Part shown: positions 29,401 to 41,380 of the stretch, piece by piece
Position numbering within the stretch: the first letter of the stretch is position 1
Layout: each line of letters opens with the position of its first letter
Assembly: GCA_040954595.2 (NCBI GenBank)
Contig: CM082587.2
Coordinates: 1,827,000 to 1,890,999 of the forward strand
Length of the DNA: 64,000 nt
DNA from: Balanoglossus misakiensis
Lineage: Eukaryota; Animalia; Hemichordata
Reading direction: 5' to 3'
Notes under the pieces: model-generated
Databases searched by the model: none
Seen by the model: the letters and a program-made list of their open reading frames with translations, nothing else
What the model was told of the DNA's origin: nothing
Made by a program: the position numbers and the translations under genes

Positions 29401-32400
29401 GCATACTTCATGACGCAGTATTATCATATTTCTCTCCATTTTGTATTTTAAGAACCTTTCGTGTATCACACAAAAAAGATGCTGGCTTGTTCAGGACCAC
29501 GTTAACATTTATTAAATTTAAAAAATTATGCTGTGGGTAGTTTCATCTTTTAAAAAAACCTATAGCCAGTAAAAGGACAAACTGTGTCAATCTCATGAGG
29601 GAAAATAATTGATCAATTATTATGAATATTTCAGTATCATAGAAAAGCCAGCTTCCATCGGTAGAAGCTTTGATAGTGGAGTAAGATAAACAGGGGGCCA
29701 AGTGTCAGATCTCCAGAGATCCAGAGATATTATCCATGATTATCATTTCCCGCAGGACTCATGATGAAATTTTCTTAAGCCTCTAATGGGTGTATAATAT
29801 AAAATTTATCATGCAAATCATTATCATCATCATTATCTGTGCTCCTTAAATTTGTTGGACTGGAGTTGTCATGTCTTCCTGGTTTAAGCGTGAAAGCCCT
29901 GATGGGATCCTGATTTTGTATCAGAGTCACTTTTGAACAGGAAAGCAAGAACTCGCACAGAAAACGATTATTGCCATCGCTTGTGAAAAATGAATTGTCA
30001 GCAATACAAATAAAGAATGCTTGAAATATGTGATTTCAAGTGTTGATAACAGCGTTATGCATGAATTAGTCATCAGAACAAGTTAAATATTTTAGCTACA
30101 TCAGCGTTTGATATGCAAACAGACATGTGAGCGATAGTTGAAACATGATCAAAACACACATCAGAGTTTTTGTCAATATTCACCACCATATGTCTGTTTT
30201 CGGTGGAAAACATCCAGATCAGCTCTCGTCTACTAGCAGAGCAGCTGCTACAAGAATTGAGAGACAATTTGATCAAAGATGGCTGCCGTAGTCTGTTCTA
30301 TTGTTTTTCTGTGCTGCAGTGTGCAAACTGGTTTTGAGTTGATGGAGCAGATTGCAATTTATTTTTCAGGATGAAAAAAGGCACATGTTGAGCTGTTCAC
30401 AATTATGGTTATCTTGTGGGAACACACATAAATGCCAATGATGCTATTTATTAAATGTTGTAGAATTCCTCTTGCCCCGAGGCATGAACCGTGCCGTGCA
30501 TGATGGTATTCCTGTGAATGAATTACAGATGGATCATAAAAAGTTTCCAGATAACGCATTGGCTAGTTTTTCTTCAGAAATTCTGACTTTATTCCATACT
30601 GTTTCAAGACTACCGTGTTTTGTGTTGTGATCCGCATATTTACTTTCTTGTCTGTGTTTTGTTGCAATATCAATATCTACATTCGGTTTATTAACCCAAT
30701 CACAGCCCCATCTTTACCTTTCATCCGCGCATGATCAGAACCGTTTGTTGAATGCACAGCGGGCCATTAAAACAGGAAGCCACGCCATTAAAAAGACTTG
30801 GCACTTCCAAAACCCTTCCTGACCATCATTCACGAATATGATGTCATGTTAATAGCATTCAAAGTAGTTATTAGCCAAACTAATCACGCATCAGTCACTG
30901 CGAATAACTGTTTTTTTCTTGAAACTCTAATTTACAGTTAATCAACTTAACAAACATTGACAAGTGAATTGAAGTATGATTCAGAAAGTTTATTGGAGGG
31001 AGAAATTGCCTTCTGGGCACCGGACATGATGCAGATCATTCTCATAGGTGTGTCTTGTTTGTTTTGTGAAGTCTTTTGTCTAACGAGCCAATAAAAAAAA
31101 CACATTTGGTATTAATTTACTGATATGAGATTGCGAATGGCTTCTTTTCCCAAGCTGGGACAAAAATATCACTGGACAAATATGGTTCATAGTTACATAC
31201 GTGTATTGCTTGTCATGAGATGAAAAGTGATTCTCTTCTTAGGCAGCAACTTGTGGCTTGTCCAAGTCTTTGATTTCCCCGGCACAGCACCGAAAGATTT
31301 ACAACTTGATGTAAGAATTAAAGAGACTCAGTATTAATGGTGCCAAAGTACATTAGTTAAAGTCAGGCCTTTGTTTACCACAATGGAACTTTGTTCGCAT
31401 GGAAATAATACTTCATGACATTTACAAGAAGAACATCAATCTTTGGTCAGTATATGAAAATCTCGTGGCAGGTATTCTAATAAGTTTTTTTCTGATTAAG
31501 GCTTTCCTGTATATTGGCTGTGTGTCCATATTTCATCCAAGCCATCAAATTGAATGTCAAGGTGAACATAGTGAAGTTGGCCGCAGAACAAGCAAACTTC
31601 CTGATCAGTTGAACATTTCTAATATTACAGTCATGCATATTGGCATCTAATGATCTATCTCCATCTTTCTAGGAAGTCGGGGAAAACTGTTAAGCAAATG
31701 TAAGACCATATAAATGTGGTTAGGTATGGTCGTATACATGTTGGTTTAATAGATTGCCTGATTGATGACATGTACTTAACAACAGTTAAAGTTTGCCATG
31801 TATCAAGGTCATGTCCGGCTGAGATTGGGGTTATGGGAGCAATCTGTCAATTTGATCGTGAACATGAAAGCTGCAGATGATGTGAAAAGAATGGAGATGA
31901 ATTTATCTAATGGTTTTGTTGGAGTTACCATTATCACTATTTTCAATTTTAGACTCATCAAAATACCCAACCATCAATAAATCGTAATTAAGTCTGCCAT
32001 CGTCATCGTCTATCAGGAATAGATACTACAGTTGTGTCCCAAACATACTGGGTATCTCTGTGTGGCTGTTACCATGGAGATTATGTACATTTTGCACACA
32101 GTTTTTGCTCTCTTTTTTCTAAATCTTTCCTCATGGAAAGGAAATCTTGCAGGCCACAATATCGTCTCTGCAATTGAAGCAGTTGATATGAGTGACAGGC
32201 CTTGTTACAAGACGCAGAAATGCCAAAACGTCGAGTTGATCATGTTAATTTGAGTGGCTCGGCCAAACCTTAATTTGCAACAATTTAAACCCGCAGCAAT
32301 CAAGTACTCCTGATGACATCATTCTGAACTGATGATAGATCGCCTAAAGTCTGTTTCAAATGAACTGCATAAATGGGCATGGTACATGTTCCAGTTGTTT

Positions 32401-35400
32401 GTAGTGCAACTGTCTGTTTTAATTTGTGCGGCTTGTTCTGGGAACTGACGGATATTCCCGCTGATTTGCTGTCTTTCTCCGGTTGCAGTTACTCGCGTTG
32501 CAACTTTAACACCATTTTTTACGACAAACAGTAGAGGTGATTCATTAAAATAGCTGATTTTTTGCTTTTTAATTTACAGTACAGGATAGTACATGTGCTG
32601 GCGAGAGCTTAACAGAGTTTCACACTTCATGAATCTTTGGTATCAAAATAAATTGACTGTCATTTGATGGCGTCAAAGAAGTCATGTGTCATTACTGCTT
32701 TGTCGAATTGAATTTGACATTTACTGTTCCGACCAGGTATTGGAGAAGAATATAGCTGTGTTGACAAAGTTGAACATTGAGTATTTGGGGTACGCAAAGA
32801 AATTTGTAGATTATGAACAAAACCACTTTCTGAACAAAATCAAAGCTGTACTATCGTACAGAATAGAAAACGTCTTTGTGTTTAAGAGTTGAAAGGCATG
32901 AAATAATGTGAAAACATTGAAATTTTCAATCTTGAGGATTATCTAAGTATAATAGCGGTAAGCACTAAGTCTGCACAAATACCGGCAGACATTTTTTGTT
33001 CCTCCAAATGAAAGGTCAAAGAGGTTATCGCGTAGTTATCCCTGTAGGTCGGCACATCTACTGCAATATGTCTCGGCTATTGTATAACACGTAATACGCG
33101 GCTCATTGAAGGAAGATTGTGGAAAATCGAACGTCACACGCACAAATGAGAATAACAAGGATAAATTGCTGTCTTTTGTCAGAAAGATTTTGTAGTGTGT
33201 GAGAAAGGGAGAGCAGGAAGAGATAACGTCTGGGAATGAGTCACGACTGCAGCTGTATTTAATGGCTACTTTTCTGAGGAGTCTCAGCTGAACATCTGAA
33301 AATTCGGATGGTCAGTGTAATTAATCACCTTGGAATAAAGTGAAATTTTATTTAAATGGACTGAGAACATGGCTTTAACGTGGTCTGCATAGAATTCGTT
33401 GCCTACACACACCGTGGCAACCGTGGTTTGTGAGAACGGTCAAGTTGCTGGGTTACGTATATTTTACGCAAAAATATTTCAAAGCCTTTTTTGGTGAAAA
33501 CTGTTGTAATAATTTCATCTTTCATTGAAATTTCAAGTTTTGAATAAAGCTAGTGTCCGATTTTCTTGAAATCATATGTACATGCAGTTGGTGAACAGAT
33601 GAGAAACAGATGAAACTGATCTCATGCATATGTATGTTATGCAAATGAACGAACATTGAATACGACTGGTGATATTAAACATCAACGCAACTCATCAGAA
33701 CGTACAGTCATCTCAAAAATTAGTCTCGCAGAGTGCAATATTCTCTGAATAAAGTGATGCCACCAAGTACATGTAGACTGAACCTAAGATGAAAATTGTG
33801 CCAGTCTGTGTATGTTCCATTTGAAATTCAAAATGCAGTAGACGTATTGGAAGGAAAAGGTTAATATTCTTGGTGCAACATTCCAATAAAACCCCTACAG
33901 ATTCAATCAATGGTACATATCTGGGTACAATTACATGCGGCTTTTTTCTTCAATTTTATCGTGTCCATACTAATGAGGCATAGAATTCTCTAAGTATGTC
34001 AGCAATTTTCAGGCGATGTGTTTATCAACCAGAACCACTGACCCAAACATCGCATGACAACTCTTGTTACTCCGCTGTCCTATTTGGAGAGAGAGAAAAC
34101 GTTGTGCTTTCATTAAATCCATCAAGTTTTGTTTTCATCATCGAGATGTCTGTAGACCAAACCTTTTTCTAGAGAGAATTATTTTAGCCCGGGTTGGGTA
34201 CTGGTTAAATTTTGCCAATGTGAACAACACAACTGTCATTCAGAACATCACATGAGGTTGTGTGTAGAAACTGTTTCTTGTACAGGTCAGCAGGTATGCC
34301 ACACTGTAGCTTCTAACAATTCTCATTACGATATTGTAATATAGTCACATCGCTGATTAAACACATACTGAACACAGTTCATCGCTGCAGGGAATATCAG
34401 AGCCCGCTTCAAGAATGTGATACGCTTTGACTTGATCTACATTGTCCAGTTTAATTTTATTTTGCTGTTTAGGTTTCTGATCAGAATTGGCTTCCCTATT
34501 AATGTTTACATATGTAGGTCAGGGCTCAGACTTCGTTCAGTCCAGCAGTGAATTGACAAGAGACAATTTGTCGATGTTTGTGATGAAACCAAGGAAGACA
34601 TGTACATTCACCATTGTCTGTTTTCATTTTTTCGAGTAAATCGTCCACTGACTGTGTTTTGTCGGTTTTCTCTGTCAAAGACGAACGAAAAATCAAAATG
34701 GAAAACTTCGATCACTTTTAATCAAAAGTTGGAAGAAACGTTGATGTAGTTCATATCATTTTTGCTGAATACTGTTGTGACCTAGATAGGAAAACAACTG
34801 TCGTATCTCAAGAAATAGTCGCCGTTTCACGTTAAGATATCTATAATAACATGTTCCATCAGGTGTTTATTGTGGTAGCTATCTTTCATTTTCCCTGTGT
34901 ATACCATGCATAGTGTTGCCATGGGTACGTCACTAAGACTTGTTTTCCATGGACTCACCAAACCACATCATGTCCACACACAAAAAGAAATGCCGCCTCA
35001 TTTGCAACCAGGCCGCCTGCAATATTTTCACCCCAGACATTGTCAAGAAGTGCGTACTCTTTTTCGTAATGGCCCTCAATTTAACCTACATATTATTTTT
35101 TTCTCGCCCACCACCTGTCCATCCATTTCCTTTCATGATATTAAAGTCTTCAGAATCAGATGCTGAGTGCCATAAAAAGTGCTCGTAATCAGGTTGCATG
35201 TCACTTGACTCAGTCGGGTAAGCGGTACATACAGTTACTAGGTTCGGGATATGTGTGACAAAGTTCACACTTCTACATGTCAAGAAATCAGATCCAACCC
35301 GTGTCTGAATTGAAATATAAATTTTAATTTAAAAGTAAAGTTACATCAGTCCTGATTCTTACTTGTAAACATAGCCATAAAACAGAAATGGTGAATATTT

Positions 35401-37914
35401 TACAAAAAAGGAGATGGCGAGAGTAGAAAATCGGCTATATTCCTTGACTGTTCATAATTTCCTGTGAAAGATTCACTTAGGGACTGCTAGTTTCCCGAGA
35501 TAGCGGTAGTGCACGTAAAAAAAATTGTGACATCAGTCATTGATGGATTAAAGAGATCCTTTCCACCGATTCACTAGAAATCACTGACCATTAATGCATT
35601 CTCAACAGATGTCTGATGGTGCGTGTAATCCTGTCTGTGCTTAGGTCCAGCTTTATAAATTTGCTTGTGATTTTTTGACAAGTCATTTTCCTGCTTAGCT
35701 ATCAATTTCCTCTGAGTTGCCACATGAGTGACTTCAGCTCCTCCGTAAGATCTTGATGTCTTTTCTGGCAGCGTTCCATCTTCTCCTTGCCTGTGTCGGA
35801 AGAAACATGCGTTTCTTAGAAGAAATTAAGCGTTCATGATACCTCTCTCAATTTTGCCAATGGAGGGGGCACTCTTTGCACTTTCGGATCAATGTGGTTT
35901 CTTTCATTTTGAGACCACCAGGTGGCAGTAGTCTATCTCGCGGTTGAATTTCAACATTTTCCCCCCTCACTGATGATTCAATTGTCACATTCTATACATC
36001 TTAAAACCGAGAGTGAAAATGAGATAACAGTAATCAAGGGCTAACAAAAGTGACACATTTCACCAGCCATTGTAACTGGAATTAACCAATTTCCGTAATT
36101 TGTATACCATTACGGAACTAATTACATGCATTATATAGTTTTACGTCAGTGTTTACAAAAAAATCACGAGTATTACATTTCACTGTGTACTTATACTACA
36201 GTTGCTTTCAATGGATAATACACAATTAATTGACAGTTCCTTTTTTGTTTCCTCTTTTATTTTACAGTCAAAATTCGTTCAAAATGTAACCACTTGGAAT
36301 GCCAAAAAACCAGCTTTCTATCATGGGCATTTAGCTTTCTTAGATTTTTCAAGGTAAGCTTCTCCTTTTACTGAACAATTTGCCTGCTCTCTACAATATT
36401 AGAGTTGTATATGAATAAAGTAAATAGAAGATATTTTTTGAATATTACTCTGTACAGAGTAAAAATGACTTAGAATAAGAAAGCATTTGACTGGTTTCGC
36501 ATATTCTTGATTTCATTTTTTGTTGACATCTTCTCTTGTCTCTCTACAGATTTGGCGTCACACAGAAGCCACTGTATATAAACATTATCAGAAAACCTTT
36601 AGACAGACTAGTTTCCTATTATTATTTTGTAAGATATGGGGATGACTTCAGACCACACCTCAAACGCAGGAGGTCAGGTGACTCACAGGTTAGTCATCAC
36701 ACTCAGTCACATGACACACATGTGACTAAAAAGCTGATAATATGGCATTTTTTTATTTGAATGCTGAAGAAATCTTGAAATTCCTTCTTACAATACTTCA
36801 TTTCAATACGGAATACTTTCTTTAGTGCAATGAAAGCTTTGACTTGAGTGGTGGTCTTGGATCAGATTTGCGGACAAAAAGAACTTTCAAACATGTTCCC
36901 TTTTTTTATTGTGCAGATTTTTGATGATTGTGTTGCGAAAGATGAGCAAGAATGTCAGCCTGAAAAACTTTGGCTACAAGTACCATTTTTCTGTGGTCAT
37001 TCTCAGGAATGCTGGTAAGAAATGGATGTAGTAGTTCTCTATGACCCCCTTTCTCTGTCTACCTCTGTCTGTCCTTCCGTCTGTCTGTCTGTCTGTCTGT
37101 CCGTGTCTGCTCCTCCTCCTTCTCTTCATTCATCTCTGACCATGCGATCGGTCTGTACAGAAACGAAACTTCTGTACAATTCATAACAGCCAGCATATTG
37201 TATAAGCATACATCTCTGCACACAAGGAATTTCCATTAAAATATATTATGTTTCACTTCTCTGCAGGCGGCCTGGTAGCAAGTGGGCATTAGAGGAAGCA
37301 AAACACAATCTGGTGGAACATTTTTTCCTGGTCGGTGTGACTGAACAATTGGAGGAGTTTATTGCGGTGTTGGAGGCCAGTTTACCAAGCATGTTCCGTG
37401 GTTCTATGGAGAGATTTCAAACAGGTACTGTTTTGACAAAAAATCACAGCTTGATTGGTGATGTCACTTGATTGGTGATGTCAGCAGTCCACCAAGAAAT
37501 GGCGGCTTATTGTCAGAGTAGTGAATATTTAAACAGAATCATTTCAGTTGGTGTATTAGCGTCAAGAAATCAATGCATTAAAGTGAATTTGGGGAACGAT
37601 GTGCTTGTAGTACATGGCTGTATGTTCATCCTTGCTTTCCCAATTGGGAGCCACAGTGCCAGTAACGCTATTTTCTCCCCACTTTCCTTCCAGGCGGCAA
37701 GTCGCACCTACGGAAAACTTCCAACAAACAGCAGCCCTCAGAAGCAACAATAGCAAAATTTCATCGGTCTGAAATTTGGCAGATGGAGAATGAATTCTAT
37801 GAATTCGCAGTGGAACAATTTGAACATGTTAAAAGGAGGACTATAAAAATAGTGGATGGGAAGATAGTACCAGTACCCCAGCAATTCATGTATGAAAAGA
37901 TTCGCCCAAGATAG
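8450..37914 (+). CDS. HS2ST1: Heparan sulfate 2-O-sulfotransferase 1, 5'-partial. Coding exons 8450-8700, 36268-36353, 36550-36688, 36917-37014, 37267-37424, 37694-37914 (stop TAG)
   Basis: All introns are GT-AG and phase-compatible (1|0|2|0|2|1). The translation contains the 5'-PSB motif YNRVPKTASTSF, then FYHGHLAFLDFS, the 3'-PB region YINIIRKPLDRLVSYYYF, LWLQVPFFCG, FLVGVTEQLEEF, KSHLRKT and C-terminal FMYEKIRPR, all matching HS2ST1 as I know it. The exon with the start codon and TM anchor was not found and presumably lies upstream of the window. Confidence 0.96.
25419..27450 (+). CDS. Sphingomyelinase C-like phosphodiesterase (EEP/DNase I fold), ~445 aa, signal peptide plus probable GPI signal, nested in the HS2ST1 intron. 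Exons 25419-25470, 25689-25766, 26243-27450
   Basis: Exon 1 encodes MKFWMFLLVGVAVFIST with donor GTGAGT; two phase-1 introns join it in frame to the 26359-27450 ORF. EEP catalytic motifs AYNV, DVILFQE, GGIFISSRWPI, SKG, ATHMQS, GGDFN, LDYI and LSDHYPV are all present. The C-terminal tail SVATVSIISTILISCMQLWSSL is hydrophobic. Confidence 0.9.
35913..35930 (+). promoter_or_regulatory. Candidate CTCF-binding site
   Basis: GACCACCAGGTGGCAGTA matches the CTCF core consensus CCASYAGRKGGCRSY with no mismatch. Motif only, no functional evidence. Confidence 0.5.
37064..37109. repeat. (TCTG)n microsatellite in an HS2ST1 intron
   Basis: Imperfect ctgt/ccgt run. Confidence 0.8.
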
Positions 37915-40615
37915 AAGTTAACCTTTCATTGGGACAATTATACTCATGGCACCAAAGTTCAACATAGAAGTCTTGTGAATGTGAACTTCTGTGTCAATAT
38001 GAGGTCTTTATTTATAACTGTCAGCATGGGAAATTCCGACTGCAGTGATGTCTGAAAAACGGCAAAGATTTCGTGGGCTGACAGTAGGACATCTGTAAAC
38101 AATAACTGTGATATATAAATTATTATGAAGTTAGGTGGCTTTTTTCAATTAATAATACGGCTACTGGGGTAATGGCTTGTAATTGGTCAACAGCAGTCAC
38201 ATGATTTGACCCTGCTTTTGAGTTTTATTTAAAGCACCCTGATAAGTTTAATCTAAAGCACCAGTTAGTCACGTACAATTAATTTAACAGGTATTTTACT
38301 TTAATTAGGCTGAACGTAACTGCAATTGTTTCCCTCTTTAACGGTTGATCTTTAGAATGCCAGACTTTTAGCATGTTTCCATAGGGGAACGAAACTTGAA
38401 ACTGTGTTTCTATAGGGGAACAACCAGATTCTGCCGTAGTTCTTTGTAGGTGCTTGTAGACTTCCGAACACAGGAATGCACAAAATGGTTCCAACACTCA
38501 GGCATATAATATCCATGTTGGGAATTTCCTCTTCCAGGACAATGCATGCTGACATTATGCTCATCCTCTTGTCAATATAATATAAAAAAAATTATTGTCA
38601 CTTTAATATTTCTTGCTTCCAAATAATAGAATGCAGTCATATCTGTGTATAATAGCGACTGAACATTTAAGACTCTTCCTAGATCAGCTGTTCAATGAAC
38701 TAGCATCACCCCACATGTGTCACAGTTGAGAGATGATTTTCGTAGGAAATTAGTTTCATTGTCAGTAGGAAAGTGAGGTCTGTTGAAATTGGTCGGAGTG
38801 ATGTCCGTTTAGTCAGGACTTGAGCGGGCAGTGTGGCAATATGCCATCTTGTTGTCGTCATTGTTTTTTTTTTCTTTTAACTCCACTGCATGGACCTTTC
38901 CTAACCAGTTCACAAGAAGATGCTCTCCAATGACATAACATATCTAGGCATTGTTGGTTGGGTCTAATATTTTCTCAAAGTGGAAATCAAAACCTTGCAC
39001 ATAACATGATCGGATCAGCATACACGAGAAACACAAAGATAATGGAGGATCAGAAATATTGCAGCTGCATGTACATATCTTGTAGGTTTCAATTTCTCTC
39101 TTCTACATAATTTAGGATTTACATTTGACCAGAGAGTTAGCGTAGGATTTTCACAATTCCTGCCCAGGTTTTTAGATTGTGCATCTGTTATTTTGTGTCC
39201 CGTCTCTGTGCAGAGATTTTTTTAGAATCAGAACAGAATATTTATTGTTTAACCAGAATCTGGTTTAACAAAGTAAATTTAGCAAAATCAGGAGTAAATG
39301 TAATTGGGCGGAGTTATTTGCAGTGGTTTCAAATTGTTTTGGGCAAGGTAGGAATTCTAGTACAAGACAGGGTTTTTCAGAAGGCCTGGTCATGTCGTTT
39401 TTTAGTGTATGACAAACAACGAGAATATAAAACGGGCTTTTGTCAACATGTTGTTAAAATACAAATCAGGGGTAAACCATTCAATAATAGGGGAGGTGCT
39501 TGAGTACTTTCAGCAAGCTACTTTATTCAGTCTTCTTGTGAAGTTAGATTTTCATGCGACTTAGAGGTACCTGGTCACTAATTTAGCCACGGTTACCACG
39601 GAAAGTTAAGATCTGACCAAACAGCGATGTTTGTGGGGCAGACATGCTTATAAAAAAAGTTTGCCCCAAATGGTCATTCGAAGGCTTAGATATGCCATAT
39701 TACTATACTGTATATGGGCACATGCAAATGAAGGGTGATTTTATACCTTTAAGTCAAGCAGAGCCAGAAACAAGGATGAGACTATGAATTGAAATATGCA
39801 TGTTACACAGTCCACATTCAAGCCAACCCTCCCCTTTCCTCAGAACCCCCTCCCCCTCCACCCACCCACCCACCTACCATACAAGAGATTACTATAATGG
39901 TGTATTACATATGTGTGGTGTTCTGTATAATGTGGAAATTTGATTGGTGTGAAATCATGTGTGTGTAAAAATAGCTGACAATCTTAGTATGCAAACAGGG
40001 ATTATTCATAAATTAAAAAAATGGGTCGTAAATTTGAATATTTATCAATGTTATAGTATTTTCCCGTGAAAATTTTGTACAAAAAATGCACAAGATATTT
40101 ATTTTCAGCTTGCTTAAAACGTTTACATTTCAGTGTATAATTATTTTTTTTTTCATTTTATGCCAGTGTGAGCAGGTGCGTATTAATTTTTTTAGTTTAT
40201 GCAAGTCACGAAATTTAGAGCAAAATTTATTGTTTGATAATGATTTTCAGAAAACAGGCTCGCTTTGTTCTTGATGTACTCTGGAACCTGGCTTGAGTGA
40301 TGCTCCTCTCCAACTTGCCAAGCGAAGGCACTGTCACACTGGAGAAGTTATTTTTCACAAATATATGCAAATAAGTACCTTTTCTCAGTTTACTTGGTGA
40401 CTTTGAATTTGATTCCTCGTTGTATGTTTACAGTGCTGCATCAGAGAAAGGGGAAAAATCATTGGCTATTTCCAGTCACTTCATCTAAGCCATTGTTTCT
40501 TCAGAACCAAATTGAAATAAAAGGCATCTTGGAATCATAAGTCATGGGAAACAACACCCATGGTGATTTTAATTTCAGATTTTCACGGATCAACAATGCG
40601 TTGTACATGTAAGAC

Positions 40616-40685
40616 CAATCTGATTAAAATCAGATGTAGGGAACGGCGACGTCGCCGTTCCCTACCTCTGATTTTAATCAGATTG
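40616..40685. mobile_element. 70-bp loop-less foldback (palindromic) element with 9-bp target-site duplication
   Basis: Two 35-bp arms, CAATCTGATTAAAATCAGATGTAGGGAACGGCGAC and its reverse complement with one mismatch, directly abutting. ATGTAAGAC flanks both sides (40607-40615 and 40686-40694). Confidence 0.85.
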
Positions 40686-41380
40686 ATGTAAGACATAATA
40701 TTCTCCAGTTTGAAAACAGCCATTAGAAATATTGCATTCTGCCAAGAAAATGCAAAACAGTGGTGAATAAAGATGATTTTAGCTCTTACAGGTAATTCTT
40801 GGGATGTGTGTGTACATGTACAACCCCCAAATGGAATACATTATACCATCTGTATAATGACACTATAACATCATATACAGAATGGTTGTAACCATGTAGG
40901 GGTTGTCAGAACATCCATGAAAAAAATACTGCGAGTCAATTATCAGTGAATTCATCCTTTATTCATACATTTTAAATCTCATAAGTGACTAAAACCTGTC
41001 TGGTACAACAGGAAACAAGTGACAACATGATACACTGGACAGGAAGAATAATGGCCCTGACCCAATCTTTATAATTAAAACACAGGCACGATACTTTCTG
41101 AATTGAGTCTATGACACGTATGACACATAAAATATCAGACAATTATGTCATACAATTCTGCTTAATACTGTCAGCAGAGGTAACAGTTTCTGTTCTCCGA
41201 GACTGGCACTGTTCTGTCCTCTGTAAATTTCACTGATGTGCTGCTCGTACTAGACCCTCTGGCTTACAACCCTTTTTGCAGTATGGCTGCTTTTGCCAAT
41301 TACTGGTGTTGCATACAGCCATTTAATGAAAGAAGGGAAAACAAAGAAAAATATTTTGCCACATAAAAAGGAATAAATAA

